From contig NC_043018.1 of assembly GCF_006345805.1 (NCBI RefSeq), forward strand, positions 15,004,001 to 15,068,000: DNA of 64,000 bases, written 5' to 3'. Source of the DNA: Octopus sinensis. Lineage: Eukaryota. The first letter of the stretch is position 1. Every line of letters starts with the position of its first letter. Below are positions 36,355-49,505 of the stretch, in pieces. A program made the position numbers and the translations under genes. The notes under the pieces were generated by a model. It had not been told where the DNA came from. It made no database searches and saw nothing but the letters and a program-made list of their open reading frames with translations.

Positions 36355-37195
36355 TGTCGGAAGGTTATGTGTCTACGAAACTATTTTGATAAAACAACAC
36401 ACAAACCATTAAAAACCTGTGCCGGTTACTCGATACAGAAGGTTCTCGCAGGCAGAACTTGCTGTTAACCACGGTGAAGTATTCACAAACAGCGAGTAGT
36501 TAAAACTGAACGAATATTGCTGTGTACGTAGAGATGTTGTTGGCGTCGTTAAGATGAAGACGACGGAGATGGAGGTCCTGAATACAGCTGGACGAAGTTG
36601 TTGATGTTTCTCCATGCTGTTGCTGGTGTTGGTGTTGTCGCTGGAACTGGCTGGGTGCTCTGTGGTCAGTGGTCAGTGGTCTAGAACCTAAGACGAAATA
36701 CGGTTTGTTGATCTAGCTTTTTATAGGAACTAGGAGGAGCCGACGGAGAATTTAGAAGACTGTGTCAGGGAACCTTATCAGAAGGCTGCGATTGGTTGGG
36801 TTGCACTTTGGCGCGTAATAGGGTAAGAGACAAATTGCGCCAATACCAACCAATCAGAACCTATATACATAGTAGCCACAACCGCTTACACGACACGTGT
36901 TCAACCGGCTCTGCAATTGTAGCCACAACTTCTTGTTACAGAACTTCAACTATTGTGTACCTGACTACGAACTGATATTTATCTTCATTGTGGTTGAACT
37001 TCTAGCTTCCTGTTATAGACTCCTTCTATGCTCTGTATGTTATCTCACGCGCATACACCCTTGTTTGTACACACATACACATTATGTATGCATGACGGCC
37101 TGTATATTGTTATTTATTATTATCATATATGTACTTATAACGCACACACAGACACACACTCTGCTAACATCTAAATATAACCTTTCTCTGTAACA
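36355..37195 (-). mobile_element. Possible solo-LTR-like or promoter-bearing segment
   Basis: Minus strand starts TGTTAC and ends CCGACA. It contains inverted CCAAT boxes, TTGGCGC motifs and CCTATAAAAA. No matching TSD or PBS found. Confidence 0.3.
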
Positions 37196-37871
37196 TTCTA
37201 CGGTTGTGTTGTCTTTCCTTTCCTTTCTGGCACTCATACTCATTTATCCATTTTTTGCTTTAATTGTAAGCGACCGTGCGGTGCATTAAAGGCGCCATTC
37301 ATTCGTCACCTCTACTTTCGCACGGTCGTTCTACATACCTCAAAATAAAAAAAGAGGTGGCATTTCCAAGGTACTATTAGTGTTATTTTTTTTTAACTCG
37401 TAGAGCCCAGGCACAGCTACAAAGTCAGCCGTCATCCTGTTCAATCAATACTTCGACAGTTTTACACGACATTCATTGAGATTAAATAATTGTGTCTGTC
37501 CGCTCTGATTCGTGTTTTTAGCGAATCTTCTCCCAACTATGTCGCTACGGCTGTCATAAATAAAGCTCACTGAATATATCAAAGTCGGAATTTCATAATC
37601 TTTAGCAAAGAAAAGCATGACGAGGCCAGGGACAAGACAAACTGTTATGTCGTTTTTTAAAACTATTTCCTGGGTGTGTGTTTAGGGATGAGTGTGTTTG
37701 TTCATGTTTGCGATTATGTTCCCAAAATAGAGATAGATAAAATAAGTAGAAGACTGCAATAAGTATTTGGCTCGATATAATCGACCTAAATCTTTCAATG
37801 GGGTACCTCAGCGTGGCCACCCCCACTAAATAAAATGAATAAAACAATAAAGGCGCATATACACACACACA

Positions 37872-37939
<68 letters not shown>

Positions 37940-38820
37940 ATATATATATATATATACATAAATATAAGAGAGTAACCACTATGTGGTCGACTCTAGCACT
38001 AAAAATAGATCCGCTAGGTTTCAGCCACAAAGAATTGGTGTCAAATGGATGTACTATTAAATTAGTATCCAATTTTCTCACCCTTATTAGTTGATTATAT
38101 ATATATATAACAGCAAATGGTGTTTAGCGGCAGAGCTAATCTAATTGTTAGCCTTTAATTAATTAATAAGAGTTAATTACCAATCTAATTAAATTGGTTT
38201 GAGTATTAATATTTTAGCTGGATATTGTTTATTAGTTTCTTGTAATATTTCTAATCGCGGCGAGTTGCAATAATCATTAGCGCGTCGGACAAAATGTTTA
38301 TTGGCATTTCTTCCGGCTCTCCGAGGTCGAGTTTGATTTCATCCTTTTGCCACCGATAAAAATTACCATTAAAGCATTGTGGTCAATGTAATCAACTGAC
38401 CTCTTCCCTCAAAAATTCAAACCTAATGTCTAAAGTAAGAAGGATATTTGTAATGTCGGTTGCTGTTTGTGTTACCTTTTTTTTTTATGTCTGAGTTTTG
38501 CAGTATTTTAGGCAGATGCATTCAAAAATTATTTTCAAGCAACGTGGATTGGTTCTGTACAAGGGCGGCGGGTGAAGGAGGGGTCATCGGCAGCCAAGAT
38601 TCCCAAATCCGATTTTGGGAAGTATAGGAACGCATGTAAAACGACTTACCCTTTTATCGATGACAACAATTAACAAACGTTTTGACACGACTCCTTCAAT
38701 ATGATGGTTGACTCGCAAAAATGAATAAATATCAGGCTGAAAAAAAAGTAAGCAACGTTTTGAAACAAGAAATTCATCACAATATATTTCAACAATGCGG
38801 AAATTTTATTCATCAAATTA

Positions 38821-39003
38821 AGTACCTATTTCTTTATTACCCACAAGGGGCTAAACACAGATGGGACAAACAAGGACAGACATAGTTATTAAGTTGACTA
38901 TATCGACCCCAGTGCGTAACTGGTACTTATTTAATCGACCCCGAAAGGATGAAAGGCAAAGTCGACCTCGGCGGAATTTGAACTCACAACGTAACGACAG
39001 ACG
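38821..39003 (-). mobile_element. SINE family C, headless
   Basis: Matches the 18033-18220 unit. Confidence 0.85.
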
Positions 39004-39004
39004 A

Positions 39005-39075
39005 AAAGTACCATTACAATCAACACATTTTTGCCAACGAGTCACGAGTTTGTTTATTCTGGTAACATAAAAATC
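39005..39075 (-). pseudogene. Hsmar1-like mariner transposase C-terminal fragment
   Basis: DFYVTRINKLVTRWQKCVDCNGTF closely resembles the FYATGINKLISRWQKCVDCNGSYF end of Hsmar1-type transposases. Confidence 0.75.
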
Positions 39076-40306
39076 TGGATCCGGTCGGTTAGTGACATAG
39101 CTTGGTGCAAAGTCGCTGTCTGTGAAAATGTTGCGATTAAAAGGGCAATATTCCTGTAGAAGAAAAGCCACTAAGAATGCTCGTCGGAATTGCAGTCAAT
39201 GGCCATGCAGTTTTGACGATTCCCGGAATGTCATAAATGGTCATGGTCTGGCCAGGATGGTTGATATGCCAGCCATCAATGGTAGTGTTCGTGTACTTCT
39301 TCAGTGGTCCATAGACCGCTTTGTCCAATGACTAACTTGTGTGTGCAGTGAGGTGGGAAAGAAGGCATGGTGATGCCATTGTCTGATGCATAAGTCAGCC
39401 CCTCGATACTAAGGTGGAAATCGTGATTGTCCAGCAAAAGAAGGCTCGGTGACTGCTTTGAACATTTCACATTCCTCTCAAAGTGTTGAAGGAATTTCAC
39501 AAACTGCTCCTTACACATCCAATCAGATGGATTAGCACTTCCATCGCTGCCTGATGGTCTATTGTTCTGGAAATATGGCCTAAAGTTCTTCCGGGGAAAA
39601 ACAAAAACGGTGGTATGCTGTTTCTAGCGGCATTTACACAGCTTTCCAATGTGACCAGAGTTCCCCTCTCCGCACTTGTCATTTTTCCCACTTGTTTTGT
39701 TCCTTTTCTGACAATAATTCTATCGGGGCGATGCACAGTTGTTATGCCAGTTTCATCCATGTTGTAGATATTGAATGGATCAAACTTATACCGAAGCATC
39801 ACCTCAGCAGGTTGATTGAAAAATATAGCAACGTTTGTCTTGTTGGAACTTGTTGCTCGTGCCAAGCTTGTGGCCTGTGGACTTCTTATGGATAAATTCT
39901 TGTGTCGTTGAAGATATCCAGAGAACCAGTCATTTCTGTCTCATGCCAGATTGTAGGGATATTACATCCATGTGCCTTTGCCATCTGAAAAGCCAATTTC
40001 CGCACATCCTTTGGAGCAAGCCCATAGTAAATTTCTGCGGCAGCCAAAACATAAGCTTCTAACTGATTCTCGAACTCGTCGGTGAGAACTTGCCGTGGCT
40101 TTTTTGTATCCACTAAGACTGTGGTTGTTGTTGTTTGCTTCAGCGGCCTTGGTGCAGTAGCAAGACAGAGATTTTAAAGGGATACCAAATGTTCGGGAAG
40201 CTTCCCGCAAGGAGATGACACGAGCTCGGACCTGTTGAATAGCCTGTCGGATTACATCCCGTGGAAGGGTTGCCCTCTCGCTTTTGCGTTTGTAGTGTCG
40301 CACCGT
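39076..40306 (-). pseudogene. pogo/Fot1-like DDE transposase, frameshifted
   Basis: HTH-psq-like (M>T)VRHYKRKS..SLREASRTFGIP, CENP-B-like VLTDEFENQLEAYV..YGLAPKDVRKLAF, and DDE_1 motifs IYNMDETG, TSAERG, LLLLDNH, PPHCTHKL, DKAVYGPLK, spread over five frames. Confidence 0.9.
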
Positions 40307-40893
40307 GACAGTTGTAGATCTAGGTCTGTAAAGAGAGGGGGAGAAAAAAAAAGCCATTTAGCTCATTGCATAATCCAACAGTGAAAGCAAAACGAAGCTC
40401 TAAGTGTTTACCTACTTTTTAGTTTCAAGCATGCCTGGTCACGGCATAACTTCATGCTTATATATATCAGTGGTACAGGTTACAAAGCTGAGGCCGTAGA
40501 CAAGCTGTTGACTAAATAAGTAGCGGTATGAAGATAGAATAGATTGGCATAGGTAAAGATTGCTGATCTAAAACTATAGCAAGCAATACATAAATTACTC
40601 AATGAATTGATCCAATGTACCAGACATGAATCAAATAGCAAACACTCTTAGTTTAAATGGGACAGATACAGTCTGTGAATCAATGTAAGCGACCTACAAC
40701 AACTTTATCAAAGGCCGGGGCAAACTGACACACTGTGTCAACGTGCCCCTGTTTACATGTAACAACTTGCCCCGACCCCATTTCCCTCGTAAATGTAAAC
40801 ACTGAGAGAAAACTACTAGGGTTTCGCAAGAATCCATTTGTATAGGGTCGTGAGAGATATTTTACTAACTCCTTAAGTTTTAATACACATAAT

Positions 40894-41308
40894 GGGGTGG
40901 CTGTGTAGTAAGTAGCTTGCTAACCAACAACATGGTTCCGGGTTCAGTCCCACTGCGTGGCATCTTGGGCAAGTGTCTTCTGCTATAGCCCCGGGCCGAC
41001 CAATGCCTTGTGAGTGGATTTGGTAGACGGAAACTGAAAGAAGCCTGTCGTATATATGTATATATATATATATAAGTGTGTGTATATGTTTGTGTGTGTG
41101 TGTTTGTCTCCCTAGAATTGCTTGACAACCGATGCTGGTGTGTTTACGTCCCCGTCACTTAGCGGTTCGGCAAAACAGACCGATAGAATAAGTACTGGGC
41201 TTACAAAGAATAAGTCCCGGGATCGATTTGCTCGACTAAAGGCGGTGCTCCAGTATGGCCGCAGTCAAATGACTGAAACAAGTAAAAGAGTAAAAGAGTA
41301 AAAGAGTA
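40894..41308 (+). mobile_element. Full-length SINE family A
   Basis: Matches the 14792 copy. Confidence 0.9.
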
Positions 41309-41545
41309 TAATGCAGTCTTAAACAATACCCAAAATAACTAATTATCAAAAATGTCGAAAATAACTTACCAAGTGGAAAATTCCAATGTTGTCCGCGTGG
41401 AGCAGACAAACTCTCACAACGGCGACGAAATCAAATGAGGAGGGAAGCTTATACTAACAGCACTGCTATGATGTCATTAAATCGTCCGAAAATGTCTCAA
41501 CTTGCCCCTGTAGTGAACTTGCCCTGGCCTCCCCTACATATACGC

Positions 41546-41853
41546 GTGAAGGCGCGTGGCTTAGTGGTTAATGTATTCAGCTCTCGATCGCAAGGTCATG
41601 AGTTCAATTGCCGGCGAGGCGTTGTGTCCTTGAGCAAGACACTTTACTTTCGTGTTGCTCCATCCAGTCCACTCAGCTGACAAAAATAAGTAAAACCTGT
41701 ATTTCGAGGAGCCAGCCTTGTCATCTCTGAGAACTGCGTTAAGGGTACATGTGTCTGTGGAGTACACAGCCACTTGCATGTTAACTTCACGAGCAGGCTG
41801 CTCCGTTGATCGGATTAACTAGAACCCTCGTCGTCGTAACCGACGGAGTGCCA
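41546..41853 (+). mobile_element. SINE family B, tail 2
   Basis: Matches 19204-19494. Confidence 0.85.
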
Positions 41854-43325
41854 CATACATATGTGTGTGAAAGAATGATTTGAACATGAAATGTTCGTCT
41901 GTGTTAGGAAATAAAGCGATTTTCTCACACGCACTTATTTTTCGACAGGAAACAGTTTTCACGCATAAAACCCGGGCGATTCAGTGAATGAAGTAATCCA
42001 TTGTTTGAGGTCGACGCATGCGCAGGGAGTTTCTAATCACGACTTGAAAACAGAATTATAATATTCATACGAGTAGGTCAATCTGTAAAAACTGCTTTGA
42101 CCTACTTTGCTGGCTTGTTGTCTGGAAGTCTACAAGCTAAAGTTATTGTCCTTTGTTCTGTCAGATTCACGAAAGAGTGATGGCTTTTGGAAAGACCCCT
42201 ACCCTTTTCCCGGTCAGGGAGGGGTCAAGGAACTTTCCCGATCGATCGAGCCGGTCAATCGTCGTCGCTCGACTTGGTAGGGTCCCGGGTTTTTCCCGAA
42301 GAGTTTGAGAGCGACGGCAGGTTCGTAACAATATTTATACGACGGCATTAGGGGAGTGACAAAGAGAAGCCCGGTTAAATAACCTCAGAAGTGAGGATAA
42401 ATGCTTTTTTTTTCTTTTATTCTTTTACTTGTTTCAGTCATTTGACCACGGCCATCCTGGAGCACCGCCTTTTAGTCGAACAAATCGACCCCAGGACTTA
42501 TTCTTTGTAAGCCGGACGGGGTTGTGTGTTGTGTTCTTGAGCAAGACACTCTATTTCCCGTTGCTCCAGTTCACGCATCTCTAGAAATGAGTTGTGACGT
42601 CACTGGTCCCAAGCTTTATCGGCCCCTTTTGCCTTTCCCTTGGATAACATCATTACTGAAGGGAGTCTTTGTTGTTCTCGTATCTTATCTTGGGAAGACC
42701 TGTTACAAATCGATCACTTTTCGATTTACAACTTATTGATTTGTTTCCCTTGACTGATTATTTCTGTGTCACGTGTTGGACACGTGGTCTATGCTGGGAT
42801 AAGAAATTTATTTTCCATAGTTTTTTTTTTTTTACCCTGTTTGGAAAAACCAAAAGAAAATTTCTGAGCTTAATTTTTTTACCCCCCTTCACATTTCCTC
42901 AATATTACTGCGGGGCATAGAAGCGCCCCCACCCGCCACAACCAGAGTAAAACAACTCTACAAAAAAACAAAACAAAAACACAAAAGCACAAAAAAAAAA
43001 AACTCTGAAAAGAAAATGAATCGGGTTATTTTCCCCGCTCTCATTTTTTTCTCTTTCTCCGTTGTCGTCGGTAACATCAATTGCTGACTTGGCTCTTGTC
43101 GCCATAACGTACCCGATTCTGTTTCCTTCGGACAACTTTTCTTATTCAGATCGCCTAATTATTCGGTCTTGTGTTTGTGTGTGTGAATGTAGAACACATT
43201 TCTCTCATCACGATCATCATCACCATCATTACCACCACCATGAGCAGCACCAAAGGAGAGACTCTCCGTGGTCACTGAACTTGTCAGAAATAGCAAACAT
43301 ATCACGTGCATAACATTTGTCTTAA

Positions 43326-43543
43326 CCCTTTCATTACCAAGCCGGCTGAAACCGGCTCTGGCTCTGAGTACAAATGCCTTGTTTCCATCAGTTTTGAATT
43401 AAAATCTTCCACCAAACCTCAGTCACAATTTCTGTTCCTAACACTAGCTTAATGACAACGAAGTTATTTTACTAAATTCTTTGTTATATTTAAAATAATT
43501 GAAAGAAACACAGAGCATCTCAAAATAAATACAGTAACAAAAG
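43326..43543. mobile_element. piggyBac-like MITE, right end clipped by a SINE
   Basis: TTAA|CCCTTTCATTAC left end and GTAACAAAAG right end. A partial related sequence lies at ~8570-8625. Confidence 0.5.
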
Positions 43544-43544
43544 A

Positions 43545-43793
43545 GTGAGGCGTGTGGCTTAGTGGTTAGGGTGTCAGTATCATGATCGTAAGATTGTGGT
43601 TTCGATTCCTGAACCGAGCAACGCGTTGTGTTCTTGAGCAAAACACTTCATTTCACGTTGCTCCAGTCCACTCAGCTGGCAAAAATGAGTAACGCTGCGA
43701 TGGACTGGCGTCCCGTCCAGATGGGGAACACATACGCCATTGAAACCGGGAAACCGGGCCCATGAGCCTGGCTAGGCTTTAAAAAGGTGCATT
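43545..43793 (+). mobile_element. SINE family B, tail 1
   Basis: A box TGGCTTAGTGG, B box GGTTTCGATTCC, centre and tail as at 5080. Confidence 0.85.
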
Positions 43794-44797
43794 TATTTAT
43801 TTATTTTAAATAACGAAGGCTACATTTGACATTAGCGTCCCTAATATACTGGCAGATACGAAGGTCACACCTGGAATATATCTGTCCATATGTCTCCTCC
43901 ATACATACATACATATATGCATGCATACATACATACATACATACATACATACATACATACATACATACATGCATACATACATACATACATTCATACATAA
44001 TACATACATACATACATACATACATACATACATACATACATACATACATACATACATACATACGTACATACATACATACATACATACATACACACATATA
44101 TAGGCATGTTAAAAAACAACAATAACAACAACTACAACTACACCGTGCCAACGAAAAAGCATTCACGTGATTACTGCTTTTATCCAGAAATCATTCACTT
44201 ATAATCAAAAGCAATCCAGCAGTGACCATCCAGTTAGATTGTATTTTTAGTGATATTAAGAGTGACATGCCTTCCTGTATGTATTTGAGGCTGTTTGTGT
44301 GTAATTTGAAGTAGTTATGGCGACTATTTGTGGCGACCACGCAAGACTGTGCATGATATGGAACGGTGAACGGGGTCAAGGCCGGCTTATTTGGGAAGTG
44401 TTGATAGATTGAAGAAGTGGAATATATTTTCCCGTTAATCAACGATCGGCGAGGGAAATAGGTCACATGGTATGGCTGTGTGTTTTCTCACAGTTGCTTT
44501 CACACACACACACACTCTCTCTCTCTATATATATATATCACACACATACACACACATACATGTAACAATGACATACATACATACATACATACGTACACAC
44601 ACATATATAGATACATATATACATGCCTATATATGTATGTATGTATGTCTGTCTGTATGTATGTATGTATGTATGCATGTATGTATGTATGTATGTATGT
44701 ATGTATGTATGTGTGTATGTATGTGTGTATATATGTATGTGTGTGTGTATCTATTTATCTATCTAACTATATACACATACATACATACATACATACA

Positions 44798-44830
<33 letters not shown>

Positions 44831-44832
44831 TT

Positions 44833-45231
44833 AGGCACAGGCGTAGCTGTGTGGTTAGAAGCTTGCTTCTCAACCACATTGTTCCGGGTTCAGTCCCGTT
44901 GCGTGGCACCTTGGGCGTGTCACTCTTCTACTATAGCCACGGGCCGACTGAAGCCTTGTGAGTGGATTTTGTTGGCGGAAACTGAAAGAAGCTTGTCGTA
45001 TATGCATATGTGTATATATCTGTGTGTGTGTTTATGTCTGTGTTTGTAACCCCATCACCGCTTGACAACCGGTGCTGGTGTGTTTACATCCCCGTAACCT
45101 AGCTTTCGTCAAAGGAACCGATAAAATAACTACTAGGTTTAAAAAAAGTACTGTGGTCGATTTGTTCGACTAAAGGCAGTGCTCCAGCATGCCTGCAATC
45201 AAATGACTGAAACAAATAAAAGAATAAAAGA
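44833..45231 (+). mobile_element. Diverged full-length SINE family A
   Basis: Head, body and tail all recognisable. Confidence 0.85.
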
Positions 45232-45264
45232 TTAAAAAATATAAGAATATATACATGTGTCTGT

Positions 45265-45298
<34 letters not shown>

Positions 45299-45652
45299 TT
45301 TGTAGAAGGTAGAAAAGTAACACACGAGTCGATATGTATAATGAAAATAAGGCAAGGTAGAAAATGCTAAAATAATTTTATCATGAAGTACATTTTAGTA
45401 CCGGTTTCCGCCTTTTTGGACTTTTAAAAACTAAGTGTAAAATAAGAGAAATAATTAAATTGGAGAAAAAAATTAAGTGAAATGTTTTGTAGATATTTCC
45501 ATAGTCTTTAAATTGGTAAATATTTCGTAGTCTTCAGATCAGTCTATCTCTCCGCTATTCTTTTGTGAATGCTTCGTAGGTTGGTAGTAATAATAACTCG
45601 TAGGTGGGTAGTATATATATATGTATATATATATATATATATATATGTATAA

Positions 45653-45700
<48 letters not shown>

Positions 45701-46097
45701 TGTATATAATATGCAGAGAGAGTGGAGAGAGAGATGAGGAGTGAGAGAGAGAGGTATGGAGAGAGAGAGGGGGTGATGAGAGAGAGAGAGAGAGCGAGGC
45801 AGAGAGAGAGAGAGAGAGGGAGACAAAGTAAGGGAAAAAGAGAGAGACTTTGATATGAGGATGTAAAATAAATGAATGATGTTTTGGCGTTTGAATTACT
45901 TCCTATCCAGTTCTTTATTTAAATACATGCGCTTTCGCAAAATAGAAGACACACACACACACAAACACATTCATAGGAGAGGAGGAGCGAGAGAAGTTGG
46001 ACGATCGTGAGGAATGACCGGAGAAAGAGAGTAGAGCGAGAGAGAGATGTATAAGGAGAGAGAGAGAGGGAGAAGAGAGAGAGAGAGAGGAGAGAGA

Positions 46098-46138
<41 letters not shown>

Positions 46139-46441
46139 AAGAGAGAGAGAGAGAGAGAAAGAGAGAGAACTGGATGCTGCTGACATTATCTATAAAAACA
46201 TCAGCGAATACATAACACAATCAAATATGTTTTGTTCGTCCTGCGCTTGTAATATAATGTCTGCAGTGATTCCAGCTTATGAATTTGGATCCACGTGTCT
46301 TATTTTACATTTGTCAATGTTGCAGAACCTTAATTCTGCTCAGGGCGTAAAAATATATATTTCATATATTGTATTTTGATATGTACGCCTTGATATATTT
46401 CCAGTTTCTGTTCGTAAATGTCCTATATATATATATATACA

Positions 46442-46446
<5 letters not shown>

Positions 46447-46474
<28 letters not shown>

Positions 46475-47475
46475 GGTGTATGTATGTAGTATTATGTATG
46501 CATGCATGCATGTATGTATGTATGTATGAGCATGTATGTAGTATGCATGTATGTATGTAGTATGTATGTATGTATGCATGTATGTAGTATGTATTTATGT
46601 ATGTTGGTTATGTTGTATATGTTGTATGTATGCATGTATGTATGTATGTATGTATGTATGTATATGTATGTATGCATGCATGCATGTATGTATGTATGTA
46701 TGTATGCATGCATGTATGTATGTATGTATGTATGTATGTATGTATGTATGTATGCATGCATGTATGTATGTATGTATGTATGTATGTATGTATGTATGCA
46801 TGCATGCATGTATGTATGTATGTATGTATATATGTATGCATGCATGTATGTATGTATGTATGTATGTATGTATGCATGCATGCATGCATGTATGTATGTA
46901 TGTATGTATATATGTATGCATGCATGTATGTATGTATGTATGTATGTATGTATATATGTATGCATGCATGTATGTATGTATGTATGTATGTATGTATGTA
47001 TGTATGTATGTATGCATGCATGTATGTATGTATGTATGTATGTATGTATGTATGTATGTATGCATGCATGCATGTATGTATGTATGTATGTATATATGTA
47101 TGCATGCATGTATGTATGTATGTATGTATGTATGTATGTATGTATGTATGTATGTATGTATGTATGATAGGCATGCATGCATGCATGTATGGTATGTGTG
47201 TATGTATATATGTATGCATGCATGTATGTATGTATGTATGTGTATATATGTATGCATGCAGTATGTATGTATGTATGTATGTATGGATCTGCATGATGTA
47301 TGTATGTATGTATGTATATGTATGTATGTATGCATGCATGTATGTATGTATGTATGTATGTATGCATGCATGTAGGTATGTATGTATGTATATGTATGGC
47401 ATGCATGTATGTATGTATGTATGTATGTATGTATGTATGCATGCATGCATGTATGTATGTTGTATGTATGTTTGC
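46447..47475. repeat. ~1 kb (TATG/CATG)n array with higher-order units
   Basis: Seen directly. Confidence 0.95.
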
Positions 47476-47593
47476 ATGTGTGTGAGTGTGTGTTTCTCTC
47501 CTTTTTTCTCTCCTTTATTTCTCTCCTTTTTTTCTCTCCTTTTTTTCTCTCCCTTTTTTCTCTCCTTGTTTCTCTCCTTGTTTTTTCTGTGTA

Positions 47594-47630
47594 CCTTTCT
47601 ATAGAAGAGTGTAGGCTCGAAACGTAAAAT
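47594..47630 (+). ncRNA. Degenerate minimal hammerhead-like motif (family H8)
   Basis: CCTTT | CTATAGA | A | GAGT-GTAG-GCTC | GAAA | C-G | TA | AAAT. Core corrupted, same element as 60430-60590. Confidence 0.35.
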
Positions 47631-48552
47631 ACTTTTTTTTATTCCTGAGCGTTATACTAATACATCTGTTTGTTTTGTACACCACCTGTCTTCGTTTTTT
47701 GTTTTTTCGTAAACTTTTCCTATATATATGTATATATGTATATATAAAGATGAGTGGTACAAATTTTTTCTGGAAATAGCAGTCGATACAAATACAACGT
47801 TATTGCAAAGCTTCTCAATTTGTTTATGATCATAATCGCTTCTATACCCGCTCAACTTGATCCCTCTTATAGGCTTTCTTTACTTTGTGGAATCGATTCC
47901 CTGCAAAGACATCGAAGGCTAGGTTTGAATCTTTTGAGCACTACCAGGTGTCTTCTATACAGAGAATCTCTGGATCTCATCTATGAACTACACCACACAC
48001 ACACACACACACACACACACCACACACACACACACACACATACACACACACATACATACATACATACATACATACATACATACATACATACACACACACA
48101 TATATATGTGTGTGTGTGTGTTAATAATAATAATATGACAACAAAAGAATGAATGAGAGCTCGATATTATATAAATAGAAGAATGTATCTATAAATATAT
48201 GTGGCATATGTTTATACATATGCCTATGTATATATATAATAGAAATATTAAAATTACTAAGTCTCTCTAAAGGAGATTACGGCAGCGTTACTGGATATTA
48301 ATAGTTATCGCCATACTAATATGGCAGTCTATAAATATAAGACTAAAGCTGTCGCCGATTAGCTCCAAGAGGCCATCGCCTCTAGCTAGCTATATGACAC
48401 ACGAACCTGCGTCCATTACAACCTTCGAACAGGGGAGGTCAGCTGCTTCACCTTGCTAGTCAGACATCTGCAGACATGTTTCAGGGTTGTTGCCCTTTAT
48501 CAATGCAGCGTAGTCAGAACCAGCAGGTGTCGCTACTGACCGTCTGTTCGAA

Positions 48553-48670
48553 GTTAACAGTATCCAAATGGTTAAACGCGATGCCATGTTTTTTTGTCTC
48601 ATTTAAAAGTTCAAAGTCGCAGCTTTACATTATCCAGCGGCCATTATTAAAACTAACAATAACATCACAT

Positions 48671-48705
<35 letters not shown>

Positions 48706-49156
48706 CACACGCAGACATACGACTGTGCATGTGTATGTATGTATGTGTATTTGTGTGTGTGTGTGTGTGTGTGTTGTGTGTGTGTGTGTGTGCATATCAA
48801 ACGAACAATATTGAGAGAAATTCCGGATAATACGTTCATTAAATTTAGCCTCGTAGAAATTCGGATTTGAAAAACTTTCAGGAACCCGACCAAATATTAA
48901 TATCACACGATTTGTTTCTTCACAATTTTTAATGTGCACGTTCCATTTTGTTGAGTAAAATATGCTTTAAATGTTCTTAAAATAAATAATATTCATTTTT
49001 TGTGATGTTTATTGTTAGTCTTAATAATGACCGCTGGATAATGAAAACTGCGACTTTGAACTTTTAAAGGATACAAAAAACATGAATTTTCTATTCATTA
49101 GAATTTTGAATGGTCAATAAACAGGCATTGCGTTTAACCATTTGGATCCTGTTTAC
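48553..49156. mobile_element. Foldback/MITE-like element with ~115-bp terminal inverted repeats
   Basis: gttaacagtatccaaatggttaaacgcgatgcc...aaagttcaaagtcgcag...tccagcggccattatt...aacaataaacatcac is mirrored at the right end, whose arm has a ~40-bp insertion. Confidence 0.75.
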
Positions 49157-49505
49157 TTGAAATTAAATGACACAACTTTGTACACCCCACCCCCGCAGAC
49201 ACATTCACACATATATATATGCGTGGGTGTACGTGCGTATGAGAGTGAATACCTGCTTTTAAGCATGGATGTATTGTATGTTAGTTAAAAAATATGAAAA
49301 GCGAGGATGACTGTTTTGTATATCTCTATCGGCATATACGTCTATATAAACATAAAGACATATATAAAAATACATGGCTATATAGATATACTTGTCTAAG
49401 CACACACACATATATTATATATATACATACACACACACGCACATACACATATATATATGTATACATACACATTCATCTCCGTATAGATAAAGATGTACAT
49501 ATATG

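Larger units (their letters stand above)
39076..41534 (-). mobile_element. pogo-like element, 5' terminus at 41534, 3' end missing, SINE A inserted at 40894-41308
   Basis: TA + GGGGAGGCCAGGGCAAGTTC at the terminus. The GGGGCAAGTTG-like motif recurs at 41504-41527 and 40717-40774. Confidence 0.6.

Noticed and set aside
41370-41432. Strong minus-strand donor TTG|GTAAGT, phase-1 compatible with the 1275 exon (PRGQHWNFPL|V)
   Set aside because: No ATG follows the in-frame TGA, and it lies inside the pogo-like terminus. The 24640 exon is a better coding start.
42905-43135. ORF MATRAKSAIDVTDDNGEREKNESGENNPIH as an alternative first exon
   Set aside because: No usable donor follows, it runs into T-rich low complexity, and no homology is recognised.
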